Shown: positions 1-13,302 of the stretch, one piece after another | Position numbering within the stretch: the stretch's first letter is position 1 | How the letters are laid out: each line of letters opens with the position of its first letter | DNA from: Felis catus | Lineage: Eukaryota | Length of the DNA: 64,000 nt | Direction of reading: 5' to 3' | Assembly: GCF_018350175.1 (NCBI RefSeq) | Contig: NC_058368.1 | Coordinates: 190,342,001-190,406,000, forward strand | Notes under the pieces: model-generated | Told to the model about the DNA's origin: nothing | The model's database searches: none | What the model saw: the letters and a program-made list of their open reading frames with translations, nothing else | Translations under genes and position numbers: made by a program

Positions 1-619
1 TTTGCAGGATTCTAAATCCTTTTTAAGTTCTTCAGCCTGCAAGAGCTAACTGAAATTGTCCCTCAGTGATACCTCATATGTGGCACTGAAATCTTGCTGT
101 TGTAGAAGTCTAAACTGGGGATAGTTCCCAGATTTCAAGGTTACTGCTGCCCCCTGCTGCCATGGAAAGTTGTAGCAAGCAAAACAAACTGCGGGCATCC
201 TCCACTCCCCATTTGTCACAGGCAGGTCTGGGGTGTTGAGATCTTTGTTAGTGATAAGGTCTGTAGTACCCGTGAGACAACGACATGAAAACTGTGATTA
301 CAAATTGAAACTACAGAGCAGATTGTAGGGTAACAATGCTTTAGCAATGACTCTCACCCAAAGTGCATTGTTTAAACAATATATATGAGCTGATAAAAAT
401 CATATGTCAGGAAGCAAAAGGGACTGGAGATGAAAAATTTAATTTGCTAGCCTCCATTTCTTCTACTTGGGCTGATTAACAAGCAAAGATACAATGTAAT
501 TGACTAATATCAGCTCAGAGATTATTATTTACGAACTTGTCTATTAATGATAGAGGTAGTAATACCAACAAAATGGAAATCGGGGTAAGTGGTGCTGGAA
601 CAGTTGGACTCCCATGTGC

Positions 620-755
620 AAAAAGAAAAGAAAAGAAAAAGAAAAAAAAGAGACAAAAGGAAAAGAAGAAGAAGAAGAAGAAGAAGAAGAAGAAGAAGAG
701 AAAGAAAGAAAGAAAGAAAGAAAGAGAAAGAAAGAAAGAGAAAGAAAAAAGAAAA
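620..755 (+). repeat. Purine-rich microsatellite (GAAAA/GAA/GAAA)n
   Basis: Visible (GAA)n and (GAAA)n runs; explains the spurious poly-K/R/L ORFs at 525-809. Confidence 0.95.
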
Positions 756-1790
756 CATGGGAAAAATCTTTGTGACGTTGGATTAGGTAAAGATTTCTTT
801 ATAGAGTAGACAAAGTATGAACCATAAAAAGAAAACAGTTGATAAATAGTACTTCATCAAAACTAAAAACTTCTGTTCTTTGAAAGACACTATTAAGAAA
901 AAAATATTAGGAAATATTTATAAAACCCATTTCTGATAAAGGATTTGTATCTTGGGTGTGTGTGTGTGTGTGCCCCTGAGATCTTATAATGCAATACTAA
1001 GAAAACAAAGAAACCAATTAAAAAATGGGCAAAAAATTTGAACAGATAGTTCACCAAAGAAGATACATGTGGCAAATAAGTGCACAAAAGATATTCAACA
1101 CTGGGGGAATACAAACTAAAACACTACATAGCTATTAAAAATAACAATAAAAGGAAAATACCAAGTGCAGTTGAAAATGTAGGGTAACTGTGAACCTCAT
1201 AGTTTGCTAGCAGACATGAAAAATGATACAGCTTCTTTAGAAAACTGTTTGACACTTACACAGATAAACAGATAAGTATAATAAGGCCTAGCAATCCCAT
1301 TCCTATGTAGTTATTCGAAATAAATGAAAGCATGTGTATATAAATGTTTATAGGAAAACAGCCCAAATGTCCATCAACTGGTAAACAAATAAACGAATTA
1401 TGGTGCATCCACACAATAGAATACTCTCCACCTGTAAAAAGGAACAAAGTGTTGATACATTCAACAATGCTAATGAACCTCAAAGGTTTTTACATGAAAC
1501 ATCTACATATTATATGATTGCATTTATATGACATTCTGGAAAAGGCAAAGCCATATGAACAGAAATAAGATCAATGGCTACTAGGCATTGGGGGTGAAGA
1601 GAGGGGATTGAATACAAAGCGTGGCATAAAAGAATTACTTGGGGTGATACAAATATTTTATATTTTAATTCTGGTGGTGGTTGTTCTATGACAGTAGATA
1701 TTCATCAAAACTCATCGAACTGAAATTGACCTGAAGTTAATTTTACTGTATGTAAATTATTTCTAAATAAACTAACCTTAAAAAAATCAA
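756..1790 (+). mobile_element. Ancient L1 (L1M-type) 3' fragment
   Basis: Degenerate L1 ORF2-end/3'UTR phrases (aaaaaatgggcaaaaaatttgaacaga, cctagcaatcccattccta, aaatgtccatcaactgg); boundaries approximate. Confidence 0.75.
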
Positions 1791-2705
1791 CAGGGTAGAG
1801 AAAATATATTTGCTGCCATTTAGGCTCAAATGATAAATAATGATGTTTTTTATAATGTACCTAGCTACTAGAGGCAAGATGCCAGTACCATGGACCTCTG
1901 CCTGTTTCCGCCCCTCACCTACCACTCTTTCCATGCCCATTAGTTATACAGCACACGGGCCCCCTTGTGCTGTCTCTGTAACTCTGGAAGATCACAGCAG
2001 TCTTGGGCTCTTTGTATTTGCTACCTTGCAAGTCTTTGCATGGTTGTGTCCTTGTCATCGCTTATGCCCTAGGTCCAAAGTCACCACTGGGAGAGGTTTC
2101 CCTGATCACTCTCAATAAAGTAACTACCCCCAAAACCACATAACTATCACATTATTTTGGATTATTTTTTTCCTCCATAGCTCTATCACTATCTGATATT
2201 CTTGTTTGTTGGCTTGTTGCTCTATGCGTCTCTCCATTAGAAGGCAAGGCTTTGTCTTTTTTACCTTCTAGAACAGTTACCTGGGCCAGTAGACATACAG
2301 TAAAGATTTGATGAATGGACATATTCCTCATCAAGCTGCAGAAGACATCTTTAAGGAGTAAACTTTCCTTTCAGATTCTCAAAATATAGCCACATAAATA
2401 AATATTTATTACATGCGATATTTTCACTAGCCTGTTTCACAATTTGAATTTTATACTATTATTTATTTGTAGTTTACTGTAAAGAACACTAGACTTAGAG
2501 TCAAGAGTTCTAGATTCTAGCCTTGGTCCTGCTACTACCTGAAAGACAGCGTACCTTTGGGCCCGCAATTCTATTTCCAGGAATTTATCTTAAGGAAAAA
2601 AATGAGCATGTGTACAAACAGATGCACACCAGGATGTTCATCCAATGTATTAATAACAGCAAAAATTTAAAGGAAGGTAATTTCACACAGTGGGGCTAAA
2701 TAGAC

Positions 2706-2751
2706 TGGTTTATCCATTAATGTTTATCCATTAATGGTTTATCCATTAATG
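2706..2751. repeat. Short tandem repeat, 3 x (g)gtttatccattaat
   Basis: Directly visible. Confidence 0.9.
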
Positions 2752-2799
2752 TCACACTGTGAATTCATTTTAAAATGATGATTAAATTCATTTTGTTAC

Positions 2800-3920
2800 T
2801 TACACAATAAATGTTCATTGAGTACTTGTCAATTTCAGTCATTATTATAGGTGCTGAGAATGTAGCAGTGAATGAAAAAAAGGCCTTACACTCATGAAAC
2901 TTGTATTTTGGTGGGGAAGAAAGACAATGAAAATAAATATACTATGTAATATGTTATCAGATGATGATAAGTTCTATGAAGAAAGGATAATGCACACTAA
3001 AGGGATCTGAGTCATCCCCCAAGAGAATAATTAGGGAACCTGTTATTTTATAGATAGTGACCAGGAAAGACCTCTCTGAGGTCACATTTGACCACAGACC
3101 TGAATGAAGTGAGAAAGTGAGGCACGTAAATATCTGCAGAAGAGAGGTGCAGGCAAATGCAATGGTCCTCAGGCAGGAGTTATGGTGACAATTTGAGGGT
3201 AAGAAATAAGGTCTGTAACTGGAGGAGAGTGGGCATGGGAAAAAACGGTAGGAGATTATACTGGGGAAGCAGCCAAGGACTAGATTTTGTACAGCTTTAT
3301 ATAGGACAGTGTGAGGACATTATATTTTACTGTAAATGTGATAGAAAACCTTGGAGAATTTTGAATAGAGGAGTGGCCAGATCTGTCTTATATGTTAAGA
3401 CTGTGATAAATAGGCTAAGAGAGGACAAAAGTAGGAGCAAGGAAACCTTTAGGAGGCTATTTCGGAAGTCTGGTTTCCGGTCCTGTGGCATGAACTAGCA
3501 GTGGGAATGGTGCAAATTGGTTATATTTGGGACTTGTACTTATTCTAAATAAAACTAATACAAAAGTCAGGTATGGTAGTTTCAATGGTGTATGGGAGAA
3601 AGAGGAGTTAACAGATAAATCTTTAGATTTGAGTCTTTGCAATTGAGTAAAGATGTGTGACACTGTTGGATAAGGGGGTCTGAGTACAAAGAAAAGTGTG
3701 TTGCCAAGGCCTGGATATCACCTGGATATTATCACCTGGATGAGATCCCACTAAGAAGTGAGAATGGAGTCCTGGGAAATTCAGAGGATCAAAGGTGCCA
3801 AATGTTGCTAAGGGCAGAGGAATATGAGGACTAAGAATGGCCACCATAGGCCCTGGTGTAGGCCACATTGGCCTTAGTCAGGGAGAAAGTCTGATTGGGG
3901 TGTGCCCACAAGTGAATGGA
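2800..3920 (-). mobile_element. L2 fragments (antisense)
   Basis: L2-like phrases (gtgctgagaatgtagcagtgaat, ggaaagacctctctgagg, ttttgaatagagg); highly diverged, boundaries approximate. Confidence 0.55.
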
Positions 3921-3938
3921 TTTCTTCAACAAATACAT

Positions 3939-4415
3939 TGATATGGGGGGACAACTGAGATAAGGAAGGCTATTACAAAGAAAACCACTGGCCCAATGTG
4001 GAGTCAGGTGTCACAGGACAGCAAACCAAGACTTAAATGCAGTTTCAACCTTTTCAAGAGTGGAATTTTGGTACGGTAATCCAATTAATCTGGAATTTTC
4101 TGGTCAGCACCAATGAGCTAATCTATCACATGGACCCTCTCCATTGTCCCCAGACTCCCAAAGAAAGATGAAGTAATCTTCACAATAAGGCTGCTGCTCT
4201 TCCCACTAAGGGAATGTGACCTTGCGTGAAACAATCCTCTCTTTTGCTAATAACTTCCTTGTACCAACCCTCTTTTGCATAAAAACTTTCCATTTTACAC
4301 AAATATTTGGAGTTCTCCTTTACTTGCTAGATGGGATTCTGTCCAATTCATGAACATATTAATAAAGCCAATTAGATCTTTAAAATTTACTGGGTTGAAT
4401 TTTTGTTACTTAACA
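3939..4415 (+). mobile_element. ERV1 solo LTR, MER34-like
   Basis: TATA-like gcataaaaa, AATAAAgccaattagatcttt and a ...ttgttacttaaCA end resembling MER34-family LTRs; no TSD found, 5' edge uncertain. Confidence 0.55.
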
Positions 4416-5249
4416 GAACCTTTAGATTAAAAGGTAATTAAAAGAAACATCAGCCAGTCATGAAGGCTTATTGGATCCTGAAATAATTGGTATCCAAATA
4501 ATGTCTTGATTCTGATGATTTTAAATAGTTACTAATTTATTTTTAGATGAAATAATGGTTCTGTGGTTATGGAAGAAAATAAGAGTCCATCTATTTTAGA
4601 GACGCATGTTGAAATGAAATAATGTCTAGATCTAATGGGTGGATGACCAGTGCACTGCTCTCTCTACACTTGTATATACTTGGAACCCCCTAATTTTGTA
4701 AAAAATGAAATCAAATAATCTTAAAGAGGTAAAGTTGAGAACTTTTATCAGAATAACAACCTTTTGTGTGTGTGTCCTATTTGCTCTTGTGAGATTCCCA
4801 CAAACTTATAAATTTGTGACTTCTTATGAAAATAACCTCCAAAAGAATCTTTAACTGATATCTTTTTTAACCTGTTGATCTGTTACCTGGAAATATAATT
4901 AGATAAATGAAAACGTATGTGAATAGACAGTGAGGAAATGAAAATTGAGAATATGTTATTGATTCCCAATCGTGTTCACAAATATTTCCAGATTAAAAAT
5001 TAATCATATAGAGTTCAACCACAATTTTTTAATGTTATTTTCGACGGTGCGGTTACAGTAGATACAATTTAAAAAAAATACCTGTTTATCTGCATTTTCT
5101 AACTTTTATATAAGGCACATGGATGAGTTAATTTCAGATGTTAAAAAAAAGGGAAAGAAAAGGGAAAAAAGGAATGGAGCTCCCAGCAGCTACTTTCACT
5201 GGCAAAAAGTACCAACACACTCTCCCCCACTCCTAAACCCGCAGGCAAC

Positions 5250-5850
5250 TATATCACCGAACGGGGGGATATATGCGCAGGCGCATTAGCAAGCCGCTGG
5301 TCTGAGGCGGGACTAGGGCCTCGGCTAAAAGACAGAGCTTCCAGCCAATCAAGGGACAGTGTCAGTGGCGTCTTCCTGGAGGAGGTGGCCGGAAGCCGGA
5401 TTTTGGTTGCGGAGGCGAAGGCGGCTCCAGTGTAAACCCTGGGCTGAGGTGAGTGGGCGGTGGCGGCTTGGGGCTCGATTCCGCGGGCATTTCTTCTTCC
5501 GGACCTCGGGGCTTCCTCTGGGCGGCCTGGGAATGGGGGAGGCCTGGCGCGGAGTATGTTCTGTCCCCTTCCTCTCCCGGGTCCCTCGGAGAGTGCGGCC
5601 TCGCTGCTGCTGGTGGGGAGCCGGGAGGAAGATACCCTGGGCCTGGCGGGCTCAGGGCTCCCTTCCTCCGTATGGGGACTGCAGGTTGGGAGACCAGAGT
5701 TCTAGGCCTTCGCCGCTGTTTTGCTAACCTGTGTGGCCTTGGAGACTCCTCTGGTCTCCGGCCTGTGTCATTTGAGAATGACCATCCCTGTATTATTTGC
5801 AGCTATTCCTCCTCCGGGAGGCGGTCCAATCGGCTGAGTTAAGGGGGAGT
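5250..5850 (+). promoter_or_regulatory. MED7: MED7 CpG-island promoter
   Basis: Sharp GC/CpG rise; NRF1 TGCGCAGGCGCA 5274-5285, GC box GAGGCGGGAC ~5304-5313, CCAAT 5345-5349, ETS CCGGAAG 5389-5395. Confidence 0.85.
5360..5448 (+). other. MED7: MED7 non-coding exon 1 (5' end approximate)
   Basis: Strong donor GAG|GTGAGT at 5448/5449; matching acceptor tttatttccatag at 10687, 17 nt before the ATG. Confidence 0.7.
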
Positions 5851-5932
5851 GTGTGTGTGTGTGTGTGTGGGGGGGGAGTTGGAGAAGGGAGGCGATCCCA
5901 AGCCTAATGGTCACATTCATCTAGAGAGGTTT

Positions 5933-6089
5933 ATATTTTTATTTCTCAGAGAGCCTGAGTGTGCGCGGGGGAGGGGCAGGGACAGAGAGGGAGACACAGA
6001 ATCCGAAGCAGGCTGCAGGTTCTGAGTTTGACGCGGGGCTGGAACACACCAACCGTGAGATCATGACCTGAGCCGGAGTCAGGCGCCCC
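5933..6089 (-). mobile_element. CAN-SINE with internal deletions
   Basis: Antisense SINE body ending aggcgcccc; two consensus segments missing. Confidence 0.85.
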
Positions 6090-6236
6090 TCATCTGGGGA
6101 TGTTTTAAAAGCTACATTCCCGCGGTGCCATTCACAGTAGACGAAATGAATCATATGTCTGGGGGTGGGACCCTGGAATACCTTCCTTTTTTTGGTCAAG
6201 CCCCCAGCGTGGAGCAAACACTAGAAGGTGGTTCTT

Positions 6237-6464
6237 TTTTAAAATTTTCTTTTTTTTTTTTGAACGTTTATTTATGTTTGGGACAGAGAGAGACAGACCA
6301 TGAACGGGGGAGGGGCAGAGAGAGAGGGAGACACAGAATCGGAAACAGGCTCCAGGCTCTGAGCCATCAGCCCAGAGCCTGACGCGGGGCTCGAACTCAC
6401 GGACCGCGAGATCGTGACCTGGCTGAAGTCGGACGCTTAACCGACTGCGCCACCCAGGCGCCCC
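6237..6464 (-). mobile_element. Young feline CAN-SINE (SINEC_Fc-like)
   Basis: Full body with intact CpGs; TSD tagaaggtggttctt at 6222-6236 and 6465-6479. Confidence 0.95.
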
Positions 6465-7166
6465 TAGAAGGTGGTTCTTAAATCTGATAACCGTGTGTAA
6501 CGCTTGGCGCTGGTTTTACTAAAGACGTTGCCTTTGAAAAGTTCATTCTAGAGAAGTGATAGGGAAATAATAATAATGTCTGTAATATGTCAGGTTCCTT
6601 TTGTACATTTAGAAGATTCATCGTTTACTGATTTAAGAGAGCTGCTACTTTGCAGCTAAACGGACCGAGGATAAGAATTTCTGCTGTGCTTTTTGCTAGC
6701 CTTTTGATCTGGTGCAAACACTTCACCTCAATGAGACTCGGGATCTTCCTCTCGAAAATGAAACTGACAGTAGTACTTAACTCTTAGAATTGTTAGGAAG
6801 ACTAAGGATATAAAACGTACCTGTCATGTGGTTGGCCTTTGGAGAACGGATTAAGTGGGGTGAAACCTGGGTGGTCTAAAATTGATTTTGAAGCACCAGA
6901 TCAATGCTAATTCTGTAATTTTGGTAATAATTTTGTTATAAGGGAACATTCTTGTTTGAGGGGTATGCGGTAGAGTATTGGGGGAAACCAATAAGGCAAT
7001 GAGGGAAAATGTTATTAACATTTGGAGAATCTGGGTGAAGAATATGGAAAGTTCTTTGTACTTTTCACACAACGTTCTGTAAGTCTGAATTTATATTTGT
7101 TTTTAAAAAGTTGATTATTACTGTTTGCAGCTATCATGTGTTGTAAGTGAAACAGTACACAGTGTC

Positions 7167-7383
7167 TTTTATTTTATTTTTTTAAGTTTATTTTTGAGAG
7201 AGAGAGAGAGAGACAGCATGAGCAGGGGAGGGGCAGAGAGAGAGAGGGAGACAGAATCCAAAACAGGCTCCAGGCTCTGAGCTGTCAGCACAGAGCCCCA
7301 CGCGGGGCTCGAACTCACAAACCACAAGATCATGACCTGAGCCGAAATTGGATGTTTAACTGACTGAGCCACCCAGGCGCCCC
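7167..7383 (-). mobile_element. CAN-SINE
   Basis: Full body; TSD agtacacagtgt. Confidence 0.93.
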
Positions 7384-9452
7384 CAGTACACAGTGTTTAG
7401 ACACAGTGTTTATAACCTTCCAAGCCCGTGTAGTTTCACCCCTTTTTCCTTTAGGGCTGTCTTGTATTACATAGGAATATCTTATCCACCACTCATATTG
7501 ATGAAGTCATGGATTATACTCTTCAAACAGTGCTGCATTAAACACCCTTAACACCCAAGTTTATGTACTTGTGCCAATATTTGCGTAGAATAAATTTTTA
7601 GAAGTAGAATTGTTGCTTCAGAGAATATCAGCATTTAAAATTTTGATACTGCCAAATTAAGTTCCAAATGTGTATGTTTCCTGTTACTTGTGTATGAGAA
7701 TTGCCCCATATTCTCTTGGGTGGTACTGGCCCACCAGCCACGAGTGTTATGTGGTGGTTGTGAAGATGGCTTCTATGAGAACTGAGGTGGGTCCCCTCCA
7801 CCCCAACAGGTTTCCCCGGGGCCAGAATAGCTAAGAGCTGCTTCTAAAACTGGGAGGGCACTGAAGAAATTGAGAGAAAGGAGAGTATGACTTCTGTGGA
7901 AGCCAGTGCCTGTCACATAGAAGGTGTTCTGATATTTGTTGAATGATGGGTTATTTGAAATCTTCATAGTCTGTTAGATGAAAATTCTTAAAATTTGCTT
8001 CTAAAAGTGTACTAGTCTGAATACTTTCCTGTCTTTATTCGGCATTTGCATTTTCCTTGTCCTCGTTTGTCTATTTTTCTGTTTTTTAAAAAACACAGGT
8101 TTTGAAAAATCTCATTCATTGGACTTTTATTGAGGGTCTTGTAATGCTGGAGGTAGAGCTGTGAACAAGACAGGCAGTTCCTGAAGTCCTAATGCTTTCC
8201 TTCTAGTGGGGGTGGAGTCAGAGAAAATATGTTTTTAAAAAGTCAAAATAAAATTGCTAGTATTTGCTCCTTTTTAGACTTGTGTTTTTCTCCCAGAAGA
8301 ATGGGATTATTTTTAAATTTTGCTTATGATATATTTTCCAGTGTGGAATTTTTAGATTTATTTTTTGGTAGTTTGATCTGTTGGTCTTTTGTAGTAGCCT
8401 TAAAACTTGTAGTTAGTTATTGAGTTATTTTTTTTTTTTAATCTATTTTCCTTGATAGATTGTAAGCAACACTATAATGGAGGTAGTGTTTTTTGTTTAT
8501 CATTGAAAGATAGTATGGTGTACTGTTTGAAGTCTTTAGGTTCTGGATCCTTCCTCTACTACTTGGTGACGTTATACAAGTGGTTCAACCTTTCTGAGCC
8601 ACAATTGTCTCCTCTCCAAAACGGAAGCAGCTTTTCTCACAACCACGAGAAAAGTACTTATAACTATCTGGCACATAGTATGTCTCATATATTATCTGTT
8701 GTCATAATCATCATCCCTGGATACTCATTGTCCTAATCAGACAAACCGTAAACAACCAAAAGAGTGAATACACATTAAAGATGTTTGTACCTACTTCCAA
8801 ATTCCCATTGATTTGGAGTTGTCTTGAAATGGATGAAGCTGTCAACAAATGCTTATGAAACTTCTGTGTACATGGTTGTGGATATAGAACTATGATAGAG
8901 AGTCCTTCCTCTTATGGAGCTTGTAGTTTGCTCAGGGAGAGAAATCAAATACCGGTTCAGAGAATAAAAGAAGGTAGGATCTGCTTTTGATGAATAATTA
9001 AGTAAGCTTTTCTTTAGAGGTGACATTTTAAGCTACTGCCTGAAGCAGGAAGAAAAGCATGTGGAAAGACTGAAAGAAGAGGTTATAGTTAATAGTATAG
9101 TATAGTTAAAGAATAGTGTAAAAATAGTAGATTAAAGACAGTTCTGCTAGGATATAGTGAAGGAGAAGGCATGTGGGATGAAAACAATTAATACTGGCTA
9201 TTATGTGGAAGAACAGTAGTGAAAGCGGAAGGATCCTTGGGGGAAGCCATTATATCCCTGGCAAGAAGGAATGGTGGTTTGGCCAGAACTGATGAATTTG
9301 AGATAGTGAAGGTGTGGAGTCAGCAGGACTTGATAAATTTGTGATGGGGAGGAGAGGAGGTAATTCTTTTTTTGAATGCTTTATGAGACATTCAGAAGAA
9401 ACTGAGGCAGTCTCCATTGGAGGTAGAAAGTACAGAGTCCTAAATCATAGAC

Positions 9453-9663
9453 CAGGGTTTCTCCACTTTGGCACAATATATTGATATTTGGGGATGGATA
9501 GTTCTTTGTTGGGGGCTGTCATGTAAGGGTTTAGCAGCATCCCTGGCCTCTACCCATTAGATGCCAGTAGCACTCTATCCCCCAGTTGTGACAAGTAAAA
9601 ATGTCTCCAGATTTTGCCATATGTCTCCTAGTGGGCAAAATTGACCTTGGTTGAGAACCAGTG
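9453..9663 (+). mobile_element. MER20-like hAT DNA transposon
   Basis: cagggtttctc...ttgagaaccagtg termini; internal gtttagcagcatccctggcctctacccattagatgccagtag. Confidence 0.8.
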
Positions 9664-10704
9664 GTAGAATTGGTGTTTAAGGCTGTAGAATTGACTGAGA
9701 TTACGCAAGGGAGACTGTAAAGCAGAGGTCTAAAACTGCAGACCACGAAGATTGTTGTAGATAAATTCTTTTTGACCCCACAGAACTTGACAATTTCTGG
9801 ACTTAGTTACCACTATTTAAAAATCGAGACATTCTGCATAAAATCTGGATTTTTGCCCTCGTTTCAGAAATCAGGAAACTGAGGAACAATGATTTTTCAT
9901 TCCCACATGAAATCTAATGGCTGGAGGCTTTAAGATCTGGCTGGCATGCATGTGCTTAATTCATCTGAATCCTTGCCCCAGAGTGCTTCACTGTTTTCGT
10001 TGCTTGCCTTTTCCCTTCGGCACTTGAGTTTGTGATGCCCTAGTTTAGAGTGAGAAGAGGGCCCCAGAGCAACCCTCTGAGGCATGCCAACATTAAAATT
10101 TGGGTGGAGTAGAGGCAGTGAAGGAGCTAGACAGGGAGTGGCCAGTGAGGTAGGAGAGAAACATAAATGTAGGCTCACAGAAGCCAAGGGAGAAGGGAAG
10201 TGTGGTGAAAAAGAAGAAAATGCTGAAGAATCATTGAGTAAAATCACCTTTGAAAAATATCCATTGGATTTGCTTGTTTGGTGATTGCTGATGACCTTGA
10301 TGAATGGTTTTTGTGGAGTTAGTAGGTTGAGGCCAAATTGGATAATGACAAAAATGAATATGCAGCATATGTAATTTGGCTGTAGAGAGGAGTAGAGAAA
10401 TGGAATAACTGGTGAGGAATCCAGATTTTATTTAAAGATGCAAATATACTACACATTTTTTGTGCTGATGAAAACCTTAAGCAAAGAAGGAAAAATTATC
10501 GGATGATTGAAGATATAATGCTAATTAGAAAAAGATGGCAGTCTTACCCTGTTGTTCTAGAAACTAAGGAGATCATTTTGTCCTGGGCCCCAAACTGCCA
10601 AGGAAAAAAAAGGAAAATACTCTGTAGTATACAATGTGACAGGTTTGTTTTGTAGCTCTACTCTAAATTTTTGGTTTATTTCCATAGATTTTTGATCTTC
10701 CGCA

Positions 10705-11406
10705 ATGGGTGAGCCACAACAAGTGAGTGCCCTTCCGCCACCTCCAATGCAGTACATCAAGGAATATACAGATGAAAATATTCAGGAAGGCCTAGCTCCC
10801 AAGCCTCCACCTCCAATAAAAGACAGTTATATGATGTTTGGCAATCAGTTCCAATGTGACGATCTTATCATTCGCCCTTTAGAAAGTCAGGGCATCGAAC
10901 GACTTCATCCTATGCAGTTTGATCACAAGAAAGAACTGAGAAAACTCAATATGTCTATTCTTATTAATTTCTTAGACCTCTTAGATATCTTGATAAGAAG
11001 CCCTGGGAGTATAAAACGAGAAGAGAAGCTAGAAGATCTTAAGCTGCTTTTTGTGCATGTGCATCATCTCATAAATGAATACCGACCCCACCAAGCAAGA
11101 GAAACATTGAGAGTCATGATGGAGGTGCAGAAACGTCAACGCCTTGAAACAGCTGAACGGTTTCAAAAGCACTTGGAGCGAGTCATTGAGATGATTCAGA
11201 ATTGCTTGGCTTCTTTGCCTGATGATTTGCCCCATTCAGAAGCAGGGATGAGAGTAAAAACTGAACCAATGGATGCTGATGATAGCAACAATTGTACTGG
11301 ACAGAATGAACAGCAAAGAGAAAATTCAGGTCATAGGAGAGACCAGATTATAGAGAAAGATGCTGCCTTGTGTGTCCTCATTGATGAAATGAATGAAAGA
11401 CCATGA
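10705..11406 (+). CDS. MED7: Mediator of RNA polymerase II transcription subunit 7 (233 aa)
   Basis: [24 protein letters not shown]...LIDEMNERP, essentially the mammalian MED7 sequence; good Kozak gcaATGg; exon starts at 10688. Confidence 0.98.
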   Translation: MGEPQQVSALPPPPMQYIKEYTDENIQEGLAPKPPPPIKDSYMMFGNQFQCDDLIIRPLESQGIERLHPMQFDHKKELRKLNMSILINFLDLLDILIRSPGSIKREEKLEDLKLLFVHVHHLINEYRPHQARETLRVMMEVQKRQRLETAERFQKHLERVIEMIQNCLASLPDDLPHSEAGMRVKTEPMDADDSNNCTGQNEQQRENSGHRRDQIIEKDAALCVLIDEMNERP

Positions 11407-11747
11407 AGGACGTTTCTTCTTTTTTTTTCTTTTCCCTTTTCAGTAAATGGCGTATATTGGTTAATTTGCTCTTGGAGAGTCTTAAAAGAGGTATATCTAG
11501 AAGTCATGTAAATGGCTTGACTCCAGCCTTATCAATCATGAGATGTCACAGGCCATTTCACTTTATGACAAACATAGGCAAATGAGTATGCATACAGTAA
11601 GGGTAATCGCCTTAAAAAGCAGAGTGCTGCAGTTGTGTGAAACATTCCTGGTTTTGGAGTTGCGTAGAATGTTGGAGATATCCTCAGTAATAGCAGGCCT
11701 TCATCTTTGAAAAGTAGATTTGTCATTTGCTTTAAGAATGATCGATA

Positions 11748-11772
11748 AATAAAGGATAACAAGCTGAATAAA
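11748..11772 (+). terminator. MED7: Candidate MED7 polyadenylation signals (two AATAAA)
   Basis: AATAAA at 11748-11753 and 11767-11772, followed by T-rich sequence. Confidence 0.6.
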
Positions 11773-12565
11773 TGTGAAATTCTAAAATCTTTAGATTTAT
11801 TTTACTTAATCTCTAAAAAAGTAGTATAACATGCTAAAAGAGAGGAACCCCATAGAGTTATAAAACAGCAGTTTTGTGTTTCCTCTCTACTGCTTCTGTA
11901 AACACACTATCTGAGCTACTTGACCCTACCCTGGATAGGTCTCAAAATTTTTTTCTACTCAGATAATAAATCCTTTGATCACTTTTAGTTACAAACATTC
12001 ATTTTTGTAAGTGTCTAATTAGCTATGCATTTTCCTTAAAGCTATGCTCAAGACTTGATAAGGCTGGAAGCCTGCATTGGGAAGGGGATTTGATAGCAGA
12101 GACTATTGGATTGTGTGCTGGAGATTCTTGTTCCCTTAAGATGTGGCTGCCCTGCCAGGGTCTACATTTTTTCACTCCTCTTGGGTCTACACATGGGACT
12201 AAGTTCTTAGCAATGGAGTATGGATACAAAAATTCAGGCCATTTCCATAAAAATTTCTTGGCGTGTTCCTCCATTCCCTTCTCATCTGCTGGTTGGATGG
12301 CTGCACCTAGGATGACTGTGGAAGCCACTTGAAGATGATAAAGGTTCAGTCAGTTGGGTCTTTGAGTGACTAGGACTAAGCCCTTCTTTTCTTATCCACC
12401 CACCCACCCTAGTTGATTTGACCAGGAGCAAGAAGTCAGCTTGTTTTGAGCACTGAGATTTTATTTCTGCACTTTTCTGCCCTCCACCCTCTTTTCCACC
12501 AGGGGCTTGGTGGAGAATCTTCTTTGTTTCTGAAGTTCTCTGCTGGTCTTTCTTTTTATGTAGGC

Positions 12566-12740
12566 CAGCGGTTCTCAAAGTGTTGTCTAGCAGCATTACA
12601 TCACTTGGGTACTTGTTAGAAATGCAGATTCTCAGGCCTCACCCTAAATCTACTAAATCAAACTCCATGGGTAGGGTCCAAAAAGCTGTGGTCTAAAAAG
12701 CTCTCAGGTTCTCATACACACTCAAGCTTAAGAATCACTG
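12566..12740 (+). mobile_element. MER5A-like DNA transposon
   Basis: cagcggttctcaaagtg...cttgttagaaatgcagattctcagg...agaatcactg. Confidence 0.8.
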
Positions 12741-13253
12741 ATAAAGGTAGTGCTTTTTCCCAGGTGTCCCCTTTGGGTCTTTCCTCAGTTCTCGGTTTCC
12801 AGTATATCACCCTTCAGGGATTTGCTCCATGAAGGTTTCTAGTGCTAGAACTGGCAAAGTCCAGTTTAATGTAGCCACAGGCCTATTCTGTATGTGAAAC
12901 ATTCATGCATCTTTTTTTTAAAAAATCTTGGGAATGTAGACTGTTGCCAAATAGATACTTCTCTGTTAGGCAGCTAGTTGGCCAGTCTAATTTTTTTTTT
13001 TTTTCCTGTTATGTGTTTGGTATAGATGTTTGGGCTCAGGGAACACAGTCCAGGCTCTTTAAAGCTTAAATTGAAGTGCATAACACTTGAGCAACTCTCC
13101 AAAGAAATCTTCCTTTGACCTCAACCTTTTGTTAACCTTGCAGATGTTGGGCCAAGAGGTACTAAACCAATTTTGGCTTGCTTTGCAATTGTTTGCATGG
13201 AAAAAACTAAATGAGTCTCATAACATTACAAGAGTCACAACATCATTTGTATG

Positions 13254-13256
<3 letters not shown>

Positions 13257-13300
<44 letters not shown>
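13257..13300. repeat. (GT)22 microsatellite
   Basis: Directly visible. Confidence 0.97.

Positions 13301-13302
<2 letters not shown>

Noticed and set aside
525..809. K/R/L-rich ORFs
   Set aside because: Translations of the GAA/GAAA microsatellite
5359..5842. Overlapping ORFs in the CpG island
   Set aside because: Non-ATG starts, stop-poor GC-rich sequence, and they cross the exon-1 donor; no recognisable protein
7169..7372. Recurrent MAQSVK..AQVMI.. ORFs across the window as a gene family
   Set aside because: All are translations of CAN-SINE consensus sequence
10705..11406. Intronless MED7 ORF as a processed retrocopy
   Set aside because: It has an upstream acceptor, a CpG-island promoter with non-coding exon, no polyA/TSD, and the expected synteny with HAVCR2; mammalian MED7 has a single coding exon
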